Origin: Aquificaceae bacterium | GTDB taxonomy: Bacteria > Aquificota > Aquificia > Aquificales > Aquificaceae | Assembly (NCBI GenBank): GCA_041640635.1 | Contig: JBEPZX010000017.1 | Coordinates: 1-26,511 of the forward strand | Length of the DNA: 26,511 nt | Reading direction: 5' to 3' | Part shown: positions 12,174 to 21,546 of the stretch, one piece after another | How positions within the stretch are numbered: the stretch's first letter is position 1 | How the letters are laid out: the number at the start of each line of letters is the position of its first letter | Position numbers and translations under genes: made by a program | Notes under the pieces: generated by a model | Database searches by the model: none | Told to the model about the DNA's origin: nothing | The model's input: the letters and a program-made list of their open reading frames with translations, nothing else

Positions 12174-13004
12174 ATGTCAGTAATATCCATGAGAGATTTA
12201 CTTGAAGCTGGAGTGCACTTTGGACACTCCAAGAGCAGATGGAACCCCAAAATGGCTCCATACCTTTACGGAGTCAGAAACAACATACACATTGTAGATC
12301 TCAACAAAACTGTAGTGTATTTGGAACAAGCTTACCACTTTGTAGCCGACAGTGTAGCTCAAGGTGCAACAGTACTTTTTGTAGGCACAAAGAAACAGGC
12401 AAGAGATGTTATAAAGGAAGAAGCTGAAAGGTGTGGTATGCCTTACATCAACGAAAGGTGGGTAGGTGGACTCCTAACAAACTTTAGAACTGTCAAAAAG
12501 AGCATACTAAAGTTAAAAACTTTGGAAAGAATGGAATCCGAAGGTGTTTTCGATGTTCTACCAAAGAAGGAAGTGAGGCAGCTAAAGCGTAAAATGGAAA
12601 GATTAAGAAAACTTTACACAGGCATAGGCACTCTTGAAAGAATCCCAGACATCATGTGGGTCGTAGACACAGTTAGAGAACACATAGCTATACAAGAAGC
12701 GAAGAAGTTAGGTGTTACAGTGGTTGCTATTGCTGACTCTAATTGTGACCCAGATGTTATAGATTATCCTATACCAGGTAACGACGATGCCATAAAATCC
12801 ATCAAACTTCTTACCGCTAAGGTAGCGGATGCTGTGATTGAAGGAAAAACAAGAAGAGAGAGCTTGGGAGAAGAAGGTGTAATTCAAGTTCCAAAACGCA
12901 GAGTTATAACTGTAGGAGAAGAAGAGAAAGCACTATTCGAAAAAGCTATGGAAATGTCAGAAAAATACGAATACATAGACAAAGGCGCCGAAGATATGGA
13001 GTAA
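12174..13004 (+). CDS. rpsB: 30S ribosomal protein S2
   Basis: [30 protein letters not shown]. The likely start is ATG 12174 after AAGGAGGT, not GTG 12138. Confidence 0.98.
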   Translation: MSVISMRDLLEAGVHFGHSKSRWNPKMAPYLYGVRNNIHIVDLNKTVVYLEQAYHFVADSVAQGATVLFVGTKKQARDVIKEEAERCGMPYINERWVGGLLTNFRTVKKSILKLKTLERMESEGVFDVLPKKEVRQLKRKMERLRKLYTGIGTLERIPDIMWVVDTVREHIAIQEAKKLGVTVVAIADSNCDPDVIDYPIPGNDDAIKSIKLLTAKVADAVIEGKTRRESLGEEGVIQVPKRRVITVGEEEKALFEKAMEMSEKYEYIDKGAEDME

Positions 13005-13018
13005 AAAGGAGGTAAAAG

Positions 13019-13882
13019 ATGATAAGTGCCGAAATGGTAAAAAAACTCAGAGAGATGACTGGTGCAGGTATGCTAGAGTGCAAAAAAGCTCTAGAAGAAG
13101 CACAAGGAGACATGGAAAAAGCAAAAGAAATTCTGAGGATAAGAGGATTAGCTAAAGCAGAAAAGAAGGCAGCAAGAGAAACAAAAGAAGGTATTATCCA
13201 AACTTATGTTTCTGAGGATAGAAAATTAGGTGTGATACTGGAACTTGACTGTGAAACAGACTTTGTAGCCAGAAACGAACACTTTAGTGAACTGGCTCTA
13301 AACTTAGCTAAGCACATTGCCCAGGTGCAAGAAAATGCAAACAGAGCCGGTTCTGGAGATGACATCTCTGAGCAACCGTATTACGCAAATGCATCCAAAA
13401 CCGTAGGAGATTTAATAAAAGAAGCTATAGCTAAGATAGGTGAAAATATAGTTTTGAGGCGTTTTGTCAGATTCGATGCCCAAGGCTTTGTTCATGCATA
13501 CGTTCACGGTGTAGGGAAAGTTGGCGTTCTCTTGGAATACAAAGCACCTCAGGTGGATGACAAAGTATTAAGGGTAGTTCAGGATATAGTTATGCAGGTT
13601 GCTGCTATGAAGGCAGAGTTTGTGGATATAAGCTCAATACCTGCTGAAGTCTTAGAAAGGGAAAAAAGAATACTCGCCGAACAAACACGCCAAGAAGGAA
13701 AGCCAGACAACTTGATAGAGAGAATTGTGGAAGGGAAACTCAAAAAGTTTTACCAAGAAAAGGTATTGCTAGAACAAGCTTTCATAAAGGACGACAAAAA
13801 GACAGTAAAGGATTATATAAAAGAGAGTGCAACCAATGTGGAATTGGTTAGGTTTGTAAGGTACGAAGTGGGTGAAGCCTAA
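13019..13882 (+). CDS. tsf: Elongation factor Ts
   Basis: VKKLREMTGAGMLECKKAL, CETDFVA, KIGENI. Confidence 0.98.
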   Translation: MISAEMVKKLREMTGAGMLECKKALEEAQGDMEKAKEILRIRGLAKAEKKAARETKEGIIQTYVSEDRKLGVILELDCETDFVARNEHFSELALNLAKHIAQVQENANRAGSGDDISEQPYYANASKTVGDLIKEAIAKIGENIVLRRFVRFDAQGFVHAYVHGVGKVGVLLEYKAPQVDDKVLRVVQDIVMQVAAMKAEFVDISSIPAEVLEREKRILAEQTRQEGKPDNLIERIVEGKLKKFYQEKVLLEQAFIKDDKKTVKDYIKESATNVELVRFVRYEVGEA

Positions 13883-14611
13883 ATGGAGGCAGAAAACCCG
13901 TTATACAAAAGAGTGCTTCTAAAGCTTTCCGGAGAAGCCTTTGCAGGCTCTTCGGAGTTTGGTATAGACGCAAATTTTCTGGAATTCATTTCTTACGAGA
14001 TAAAAAGTGTTTACGACTTAGGTGTAGAATTAGCTATAGTTATAGGTGGTGGCAACATATTTAGAGGAATAGAAGGTTTAGAAATAGGCATAGACAGAGC
14101 TACAGGCGATTATATGGGAATGTTAGCCACAGTCATAAATGCTCTAGCACTTCAGTCTGCCTTAGAGAGAATAGTTAACATACCCACAAGGGTTCTATCT
14201 GCAATAGAGATGAGAGCTATAGCAGAACCTTACATTAGAAGAAGAGCCATCAGACACCTGGAAAAAGGAAGAGTGGTAATATTTGCAGCTGGGACCGGAA
14301 ACCCCTACTTTTCTACGGATACGGCTGGAGCGTTGAGAGCTGCAGAAATAGGCGCCGATGTTCTTGTAAAAGCTACTAAAGTGGATGGTATATACACAGA
14401 TGATCCTATGAAAAACCCAAAGGCTGAATTAATAAAAGAAATTACCTATATGGAAACCATTAGCAAAGGACTGAGAGTTATGGATCATACCGCTATGACA
14501 CTATGTATGGAAAATAAAATACCTATACTAGTTCTTAACATAAACAAAAAGGGAAATTTAGTAAAAGCGGTTTTGGGAGAAAACATTGGGTCAGTTGTAA
14601 AGGGAGGTTAG
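13883..14611 (+). CDS. pyrH: UMP kinase
   Basis: [37 protein letters not shown]. Confidence 0.98.
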   Translation: MEAENPLYKRVLLKLSGEAFAGSSEFGIDANFLEFISYEIKSVYDLGVELAIVIGGGNIFRGIEGLEIGIDRATGDYMGMLATVINALALQSALERIVNIPTRVLSAIEMRAIAEPYIRRRAIRHLEKGRVVIFAAGTGNPYFSTDTAGALRAAEIGADVLVKATKVDGIYTDDPMKNPKAELIKEITYMETISKGLRVMDHTAMTLCMENKIPILVLNINKKGNLVKAVLGENIGSVVKGG

Positions 14612-14613
14612 AG

Positions 14614-15159
14614 ATGATAGAAGATATCTTGAAGTCTACAGAACAAGATATGCAAAAAGCCGTGAATTACTTCAAGAATGAGATATCTGGTTTAAGAACA
14701 GGTAGAGCTTCAACGTCCCTAGTTGAAGAGATAAAGGTAGAGTACTACGGCTCCAAGGTGCCAATAAAACAACTTGGTAACATATCCATACCAGAAGCAA
14801 ACCAAATACTCATACAGGTTTGGGACTCAAACGCTATAGCATCAATCGAAAAGGCGATAATGGAAAACCTGAACCTAAACCCCCAAAGACAGGGAAACAC
14901 ATTAAGACTCACCTTGCCACCACTCACTGAAGAAAGAAGAAGGGATTTGGTAAAGATGCTTCACAAAATGGCAGAAGAGGCACGAGTTGCCATAAGGAAC
15001 ATAAGAAGAGACGCAAAGGAGATGATTGAAGATGTGGAAGGCATATCGGAAGACGAAATAAAGAGGGCATTGGAAAAGCTCCAAAAAATCACGGACAAGC
15101 ACATAGAAGATGTGAACAAACTTGCGGAAGCAAAAGAAAAAGAGATAATGAGTATCTAA
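14614..15159 (+). CDS. frr: Ribosome recycling factor
   Basis: LRTGRA, PPLTEERR, AIRNIRRDA; conserved synteny after pyrH. Confidence 0.98.
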   Translation: MIEDILKSTEQDMQKAVNYFKNEISGLRTGRASTSLVEEIKVEYYGSKVPIKQLGNISIPEANQILIQVWDSNAIASIEKAIMENLNLNPQRQGNTLRLTLPPLTEERRRDLVKMLHKMAEEARVAIRNIRRDAKEMIEDVEGISEDEIKRALEKLQKITDKHIEDVNKLAEAKEKEIMSI

Positions 15160-15163
15160 TAAA

Positions 15164-16225
15164 ATGAAACTCCAAGAGGTAAAGGACTTATTAAGACAAA
15201 AGGGTTTAGATGCTTTTCTCTTTTCTTCTCAACCCAACGTCCAGTATTTGACGGGCTTTAGATCAACGCACGCTTACGCTATTGTGACATTGGAAAATAA
15301 TTATCTATTAACGGATGCTAGATACTACGAAAGAGCCAAAGGCATAAAAGGCTGGGAAGTCATACTAATAGCGGGTCCAGCACTGAAGACCTTAAAGAAA
15401 CTTCTAAAAGACAGTAACTTAAAAACCGTAGGTTACGAAAAGGATAGAGTAAGCTGTGAGCTTGCAGGAAAGCTCAAGTCAAAAGGTATAAGGTGGAAAG
15501 GTCTCTCTGGATTCTTAAACAAGCTAAGAGTAATAAAAACAAAAGAAGAAATAAGCATTATGAAAGAAGGTGTTAGTATAAGCGACCAAGTATACAAAAA
15601 ATTTCTTTCTTTTGTAAAACCTGGTATGAAAGAACTAGAGGTTCGAGCTTTCCTTATTGGCGAATTCCTGAAGCATGGCGCTTTAGGTGAGAGTTTCCCC
15701 GCTATAGTGGCTTCTGCAAGAGCTTCTGCTGTACCTCACTGGGAAACATCCAACCAGAGTATAATTCCTAACGCTCCCCTTCTTGTAGATATGGGACTTG
15801 TTTGGAAAGGTTACTGCACAGACTTTACAAGAACCATTTTCTTAGGAAAAGCAAGTCAAGACTTCAAAAAGGTATACAACATAGTCAAAGATGCACACCT
15901 TTACGCTTTGGAAGCTGTAAAAGAAGGAACACCAATAGGAAACGTGGACAAAAAAGCCAGGGATTACATCGAAAGGAAAGGCTTTGGAAAGTTCTTTACA
16001 CACTCTACGGGGCACGGTGTAGGTATAGAAATTCACGAGTATCCAAGGGTCTACTACAAGGGAGATGATGCCAAAGCATTAATAACAGAAGGCATGGTCT
16101 TTACCATAGAGCCTGGTATATACATACCTAATGAGTTTGGTGTAAGGCTCGAAAATATCGTAGTTGTTGAAGACGGAATAGGTAAACCTCTATCTTCCAT
16201 CCCACTGGATTTGGTGGAAGTTTGA
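15164..16225 (+). CDS. Xaa-Pro peptidase (M24B family)
   Basis: YLTGF, TDARY, DFTRT, HSTGHGVGIEIHE, TIEPGIY, GVRLE. Confidence 0.93.
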   Translation: MKLQEVKDLLRQKGLDAFLFSSQPNVQYLTGFRSTHAYAIVTLENNYLLTDARYYERAKGIKGWEVILIAGPALKTLKKLLKDSNLKTVGYEKDRVSCELAGKLKSKGIRWKGLSGFLNKLRVIKTKEEISIMKEGVSISDQVYKKFLSFVKPGMKELEVRAFLIGEFLKHGALGESFPAIVASARASAVPHWETSNQSIIPNAPLLVDMGLVWKGYCTDFTRTIFLGKASQDFKKVYNIVKDAHLYALEAVKEGTPIGNVDKKARDYIERKGFGKFFTHSTGHGVGIEIHEYPRVYYKGDDAKALITEGMVFTIEPGIYIPNEFGVRLENIVVVEDGIGKPLSSIPLDLVEV

Positions 16226-16554
16226 AAGTTTGCTCCTAAATCTTTAAACAAAAAATACTTAAAACACAAACAACTTTAGTTTATACAGAGAAGTGGGCTA
16301 TTTTCACTAAGTTAGGGTTAAAACTGAGACATTCATCATATCCTTATTATTTAGCCTTGGTTTCTGCATTCAATCCAACGATAATGGTTATAAGTACGTT
16401 TTTAAGTACATTATCCAAGCTCTATCGAAATCTCATTGTATTACACTAAATTCATTACAATACTTCCAATTCCAGAGATCATATATAAAGATGAAAAATG
16501 TAAACTGATTTGCATTAAAATTAAAATTTCTAATCACAACTGCGGAGGTAAGGA

Positions 16555-17157
16555 ATGAACATTGAATTTATAGGAAAGGGTATTGATTGGACAGATGCCA
16601 TGAAAAGCTTTGTCGAAAGCAAGCTTGAAAGGTTCACTAGATTTCTAAGGGAAGCAGAAGAAGATCAAGTAGAAGTAATCGTAACTATTTCATCTTCACG
16701 TGCAAAGCAAAAAGATGTCCCAACAGATAGTAGACCAACATACTACAGGGTAGATGTAGATATTTATCTTAAAACTTGGGGCGGTGGTGCAGTTCATGCG
16801 TGGGAAGAAGATGTAGATGTCTTCTCTGCTCTTGATAAGGTCCTAGATGAAGTGGAAAGGCAAATAATAAAGTTAAAACAGAGAAGGCTTGAAATAAGAA
16901 GAGTAGGGGCAAAAGAAAAGGAAAAGCAACACATGGCACAGGTGATTCCTACAGAAGAAAGGGAAAGACCTTTGGTAGTTGAGGAAGACTTAATTTTAGA
17001 AAAACCTATGAGCTTAGAAGATGCTCTCTTAGAATTACAAACAACAGGTATTTACTTTTTACCTTTTTTGGATGCAAACACGGGCACGTTAAGAATTATA
17101 TACAGAAAAAGGGGAGGAAACTTCGGAGTTATAAACACAAGGTGTAAAGGATTATAA
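16555..17157 (+). CDS. hpf: Ribosome hibernation promoting factor (long form)
   Basis: N-terminal RaiA/HPF domain (MNIEFIGKGIDWTDAMK...DVFSALD...ERQIIKLK) and C-terminal KPMSLEDA...IYRKRGGNFGVI domain; SD GGAGGT. Confidence 0.92.
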   Translation: MNIEFIGKGIDWTDAMKSFVESKLERFTRFLREAEEDQVEVIVTISSSRAKQKDVPTDSRPTYYRVDVDIYLKTWGGGAVHAWEEDVDVFSALDKVLDEVERQIIKLKQRRLEIRRVGAKEKEKQHMAQVIPTEERERPLVVEEDLILEKPMSLEDALLELQTTGIYFLPFLDANTGTLRIIYRKRGGNFGVINTRCKGL

Positions 17158-17901
17158 GGGGCTTTGCGCTATGTAGCCCCTTTCTTTTAAGAACTGACTA
17201 AAGATTCTTAAAGATTCCATTTCCAAATTACCCAAGTCATTACTTAAGCACTCTAAAAAGTACTCTGTGATCTCCTCTTGTGAGTATCCCAACATGCTTA
17301 CTCTACCGAGCTGAAGGTCCTCAAAAAAGGCGTTTAGTGACCTTTTGCATAAGTTGTAAATCTTCCCAACAAGAGTATCGGCATACTCCTTTCTCACAAG
17401 AAAAAGAGCAAAAACAAAAGGTAATTTATTTACCTTATACCACTCGTAAGCCAAATCGTAAAAGTAAGGATAGTTCTCCTTCTTTTTTTCCTCTAAGGCT
17501 TCATTTCCTATCAAAAGTAGAGCATCAACATTATTCTTTTCTTCCGTATAAATAGGTTTCAAGCCGTACACGTGTTCTAAGACATAAAAACATAAATACT
17601 TGGAAGTTAGGGAGTTACCGGTAAGATATAGCTTCTGAATATCCTGTATGGGCTTTTTTGAAAAAATACCTACAGAGCAGACCTTCTCTTTGGAAGAAAT
17701 AGATATACTGGGTACGTATACATAGTTCTGTGGGTTTATTAAATACTCAACCGATGACACTATGCCGGCATGAATCTCTCCTTTTCTCAGCATTGTGACT
17801 AAGTGGGAAGGATGTCCCTTTATTAAATCCATCTGTGGATCATCCCATTTGTAAAAAAGGGGAATAGAGTTAAGATAGTCAACTCTGCCTATTCTGTACA
17901 T
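17152..17901 (-). CDS. mqnA: Chorismate dehydratase (futalosine pathway)
   Basis: RIGRVDYLNSIPL, SLTS, LLIGNEAL, YDLAYEW, LPFVFA. Confidence 0.88.
   Translation of the reverse strand: MYRIGRVDYLNSIPLFYKWDDPQMDLIKGHPSHLVTMLRKGEIHAGIVSSVEYLINPQNYVYVPSISISSKEKVCSVGIFSKKPIQDIQKLYLTGNSLTSKYLCFYVLEHVYGLKPIYTEEKNNVDALLLIGNEALEEKKKENYPYFYDLAYEWYKVNKLPFVFALFLVRKEYADTLVGKIYNLCKRSLNAFFEDLQLGRVSMLGYSQEEITEYFLECLSNDLGNLEMESLRIFSQFLKERGYIAQSPL
17156..17188 (+). terminator. Intrinsic terminator of hpf, inside the mqnA coding 3' end
   Basis: AAGGGGCT (17156-17163), 11-nt loop, AGCCCCTT (17175-17182), running into TCTTTT. Confidence 0.72.
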
Positions 17902-17920
17902 AAAATATAAAACTTAGGCT

Positions 17921-19612
17921 TTAAATGCTAAGTTCAAACCTTTCTTGAGAATTGTTGGATTTACCTTTTTGGTATTGTGTATGCTTGTTTCTTTCTTCTT
18001 TTCTATCTTCTGGTCTGCTGTCTGAATATAAAAGACTACCATTAACTTGCAAAGCCTCTAAACGAAATCCTATATTGTTTAAACTTTCAACCAATTTATT
18101 GATTTCGCCTCTGAAAATGTATCCAATATCCGATTTAAGATCCACACCTACTTTAATACTGTCTCTTACAACTCTTATATTTATGTCCGTCTCATCAAGA
18201 TGAACACGCACGTATTTATGCTCTACCATTTGGTATTGCTTACTTCTTGGTTCTACTTGATTAATTACCTTGTTTTCTAAGAGCTTTTCTCTCTGCTCTA
18301 TGTTGTAGCTTACTTCTTTTGGTAGTTCTTCATCACTCTTCTTTGCCTGTTTTAGGTCACTACCTTCCATCACTTGTTTATTGTTAGAGAGCTGGGTTGT
18401 GTTATTTTCTTCAGCAAGTGCCTTCTTATCGGCTATAGTAAGTATTCTGCGGTAGTCCTTATCCGAGCCGTTACTGTTCTCAGAAAGGTTTTTGTCCGCC
18501 ATATCGTCAATAGCTCTGTCATCTTTTACAGTGTGTGTTTCGTTTTGTAGGTTTTTCGAGAGTTGCGTGCTCTCTAGCGTTCCGTAGTTGAAAGATCTGT
18601 TCATAGCTTGCTGAGTTGTGTAAGGATCTTTTAGGGAGAGCTCTTTTATCTTCAAAAGCTCTGAACTTTCCTGTGAAACGCTGTAGTGAGTATAATTTGG
18701 TTTTTCATTTAAGAACTCGTCAAGAGCTCTGTTATTTTTTGCGGTGTGTGTTTGGTGGTTTTGTGGTTTTGTTGAGTGTTGCAAGCCTTCTGGCGTTTCG
18801 TTGTTAAAGAATCTGCTCATAGCCTGCTGAGTTGTGTAAGGATCTTTTGGGGAGAGCTCTTTTATCTTCAAAGGCTCTGAGCTTTCCTGTGAAACGCTGT
18901 AGTGAGCGTAGTCTGGTTTTTCATTTAAGAACTCGTCAGGAGCTCTATGGTTTTTCACAGTATGTGTTTGGTAAGTTGGCGGGCTGTCTAGAAGTTTGCT
19001 GCTATCCTTTAAACCGCCAAAAGAAGCAACGGTAACTTTGTTGTTCAGAGAACTGTTAAGATCTTCGTAAGAAGCTACACTCGGTTTAGTATACTCTAAA
19101 GATTCCGTCAATGTTAATACTGCTCTAGCTTTTAAGTCAGCCTCACTTTGTGATTTCTTGCTTTCAAATTCATCCATATTGAGTTCCTCTGTGTTAAAGG
19201 CATAAACCTTCTCATTCTGCATAACCTGACTTAAGCTCTTCCCGTTTGTTTTGGAGTCTAACTTGTTTGTTAGGTTATTATTAGCTGATTGTAAGAGCGG
19301 AGCTTCAGCAAATGAGTTATTGCTTATCTGCGGCTCTTGCATTCCATCTATATATGCATCACTGCTTATATTTTCAGGATCCTCAGAGGGGTTTAAAATC
19401 ATATTGGGGATAAAAAGATAGGGTACATTTTGTGTAGCCGTAAATGCCGAAGTTAAGAGTACAGCATCGTGATTTGAAATTTTCTCACCTTTAGTAGTAT
19501 CAACACTTTCTATGGCTTGGAAAAGTATGGACAAAAAGTCTGTATCACCTTTCTGATTGTATAAAGGAAAATCCAATTCTTTATCTATATTATTTATCCC
19601 CTCAACCCTCAT
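17921..19612 (-). CDS. FliK-like (hook-length control/T3SS ruler-like) protein with internal repeats
   Basis: Long polar, low-complexity S/N/E/K/Q-rich body; C-terminal beta-beta-beta-alpha-beta-like block (VRVHL...INIRV...IKVGV...INKLVESLNNIGFRLEALQV) followed by a charged tail. Confidence 0.6.
   Translation of the reverse strand: MRVEGINNIDKELDFPLYNQKGDTDFLSILFQAIESVDTTKGEKISNHDAVLLTSAFTATQNVPYLFIPNMILNPSEDPENISSDAYIDGMQEPQISNNSFAEAPLLQSANNNLTNKLDSKTNGKSLSQVMQNEKVYAFNTEELNMDEFESKKSQSEADLKARAVLTLTESLEYTKPSVASYEDLNSSLNNKVTVASFGGLKDSSKLLDSPPTYQTHTVKNHRAPDEFLNEKPDYAHYSVSQESSEPLKIKELSPKDPYTTQQAMSRFFNNETPEGLQHSTKPQNHQTHTAKNNRALDEFLNEKPNYTHYSVSQESSELLKIKELSLKDPYTTQQAMNRSFNYGTLESTQLSKNLQNETHTVKDDRAIDDMADKNLSENSNGSDKDYRRILTIADKKALAEENNTTQLSNNKQVMEGSDLKQAKKSDEELPKEVSYNIEQREKLLENKVINQVEPRSKQYQMVEHKYVRVHLDETDINIRVVRDSIKVGVDLKSDIGYIFRGEINKLVESLNNIGFRLEALQVNGSLLYSDSRPEDRKEERNKHTQYQKGKSNNSQERFELSI
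18503..18970 (-). repeat. In-frame tandem repeat: 216 bp + 213 bp + partial third copy
   Basis: Units 18755-18970 and 18542-18754 (QTHTxKNxRAxDEFLNEKPxYxHYSVSQESSExLKIKELSxKDPYTTQQAMxR); partial THTVKDDRAIDD at 18503-18541. Confidence 0.95.
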
Positions 19613-19620
19613 TATGATTT

Positions 19621-19648
19621 AATATAAACTAACTTTTATTTATGTCAA
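19621..19648 (-). promoter_or_regulatory. Sigma70-type promoter of the FliK-like gene
   Basis: Perfect TTGACA (19648-19643), N16, TATATT (19626-19621), N8, ATG; no SD. Confidence 0.65.
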
Positions 19649-19694
19649 GCTACACGTAGTCTAGGAGAGAAGGAGCACATGCCCAAAAAAATTT

Positions 19695-19990
19695 TTACTT
19701 AAGAGACCTGATCCATTCAGCAAGCTGCCTTGCTTCCGATTCCGTTACGTTTTGTGGTGGCATTGGTACGTTTCCCCATACACCTGAGCCACCTTCTTTA
19801 ATTTTTTTAGCTAAATACTCCACCGCATCCTTCCTATCTGCATACTTTTTACCAAATAAGAATGACCAACCTTCTTTACTTTTACACCATGACACACTAC
19901 GCAGCCCTTTTGCTAACTCCTTATTAGCTAAAGATGAAGCCACCAAACCTATAGTACAGTAAAGGCTACTAGAAAAGTTAGTTTTCTCAT
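19695..19990 (-). pseudogene. Frameshifted class I cytochrome c551/c552
   Basis: ATG 19990 gives MRKLTFLVAFTVL* . A second frame gives IGLVASSLANKELA, a third gives KGCVVCHGVKVKKVGHSY (CXXCH at 19903-19889), and the second frame resumes with KKYADRKDAVEYLAKKIKEGGSGVWGNVPMPPQNVT...W..SLK. Confidence 0.92.
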
Positions 19991-20166
19991 TGCACCCCCC
20001 CTTCTCAAATTTTTGTTAATATATAAAATGGGAAATATCAACTTTAAAACCTAAAACACAAAACTTAACAATTGAAATACCATCTCTTGGATGAATTATA
20101 GGCTTTCATACACAATAGAACAAAAAATCAGGAACACTTAAAATATTTTAAGCAAAGGAGGGATTG

Positions 20167-21546
20167 ATGATAAAGTTTGGAACCGATGGATGGAGAGCTA
20201 TAATAGCCGACGAGTTTACTTTTGAAAATGTAAAGAAGGTAGCGGTTGCGCATGCAAAAGTGTTGATGGAACAAAACAAAAAAAGAGTAATAATAGGCTA
20301 CGACTACAGATTTATGTCGGAATACTTTGCGATAGAAGTCTACAAAGTCTTTAGAAATTTTGGTTTGGATGCGTATCTTACACAGAGCTTTTCTACAACT
20401 CCTATGGTTTCGTTCGCTGTAAAGTATATGGGATTTGATAACGGAGTAATGATAACGGCTTCGCACAACCCTCCACACTACAACGGTTACAAGATAAAGG
20501 ACTCTTTTGGTGGAGCTGCTACACCAGACTTTATAGGAAAGGTGGAAAACCACATAAACACTTTGCAGAGCCTACCATCTTTAGAAAACTACGCTCCTCA
20601 ATACGTATCTGTAGAAGAAGAATACATAAAAAAAGTGCGAGAAATGGTAAACATCGAGATCTTAAAGGAAAGAGAGCTAAAAATAGTGCATGACGCTATG
20701 TATGGGACTTCCAGCGGTTTACTCTCAAAAGCTCTATACGATACAAAGTGCCAAGTGTTTCAAATAAGATCTTACAGAGATACGCTTTTTGGTAACCACG
20801 CTCCAGAACCTGTTGAAAAAAACTTAAAACCTTTGATAGAAAAGGTAAATAGTCTTTCAGCAGATATTGGGATAGCTAACGATGGAGACGGAGACAGAAT
20901 AGCTCTGATAGACGAAAAGGGAAACTTTGTAAACGCTCAACTTATATACGTGCTTTTGCTACTGCATTTAATTAAGCACAAAGGCATAAGAGACGGCATA
21001 GTGGTAAAAACGGTATCCACTACGTATTTGGCAGACCGGATATGTAAATCAGAAAGCATTCCCATAAAAGAGGTAGCTGTAGGTTTTAAAAACATAAATG
21101 AGGTTTTGCTAAAAGAAAAAGTCATATTTGGCGGAGAGGAGAGCGGTGGCTACGGTATTGTCCACTTCTTACCTGAAAGGGATGGTTTGCTAAGCGCGCT
21201 TTATATAATAGAGATGATTAATTTACTAGGAAAGCCTCTTTCGGAAGTTATACAAGATATTTTTAAGACATACGGTGAAGCTCACTTTAAGAGAGTGGAT
21301 TTGCATGCACAAGAAGATAAAAAGAGAAAGATCAAGGAACTCATCCAAAATCCACCGGAAAGAATAGGCAGCTTCAAAGTAGATAAGGTAATTACACTGG
21401 ACGGCATAAAGCTGGTCTTTCCCAACGATGGATGGCTTTTGCTTAGACCTTCCGGAACGGAGCCGTTAGTTAGAATATATACGGAGATGCCTTCTCAAAA
21501 AGAAACGGACGAAATTTTAGAGTCTGCCTTTAAGCTTCTTGAGTAA
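20167..21546 (+). CDS. Phosphoglucomutase/phosphomannomutase family protein
   Basis: FGTDGWR, TASHNP, DGDGDR, GEESG, RPSGTEP; SD AAGGAGG. Confidence 0.94.
   Translation: MIKFGTDGWRAIIADEFTFENVKKVAVAHAKVLMEQNKKRVIIGYDYRFMSEYFAIEVYKVFRNFGLDAYLTQSFSTTPMVSFAVKYMGFDNGVMITASHNPPHYNGYKIKDSFGGAATPDFIGKVENHINTLQSLPSLENYAPQYVSVEEEYIKKVREMVNIEILKERELKIVHDAMYGTSSGLLSKALYDTKCQVFQIRSYRDTLFGNHAPEPVEKNLKPLIEKVNSLSADIGIANDGDGDRIALIDEKGNFVNAQLIYVLLLLHLIKHKGIRDGIVVKTVSTTYLADRICKSESIPIKEVAVGFKNINEVLLKEKVIFGGEESGGYGIVHFLPERDGLLSALYIIEMINLLGKPLSEVIQDIFKTYGEAHFKRVDLHAQEDKKRKIKELIQNPPERIGSFKVDKVITLDGIKLVFPNDGWLLLRPSGTEPLVRIYTEMPSQKETDEILESAFKLLE

Noticed and set aside
16499..16514. Sigma54 promoter upstream of hpf (TGTAAACTGATTTGCA)
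   Set aside because: It has the -12 TTGC but GT instead of the invariant GG at -24.
18503..18970. Repeats as a CRISPR array or mobile element; twin plus-strand ORFs at 18616 and 18832
   Set aside because: The units are ~216 bp, contiguous and in frame, with no spacers or terminal repeats. The twin ORFs are just the antisense image of the duplication.
19695..19946. 83-aa ORF as a genuine novel heme-less protein
   Set aside because: It has a TTG start without an SD, a truncated signal peptide, and a middle segment that is the out-of-frame reading of the CXXCH region.
19695..19990. Programmed ribosomal frameshifting or phase variation restoring cytochrome c552
   Set aside because: Three separate shifts would be needed, codons are missing at two of them, and there are no long homopolymers at the breakpoints.
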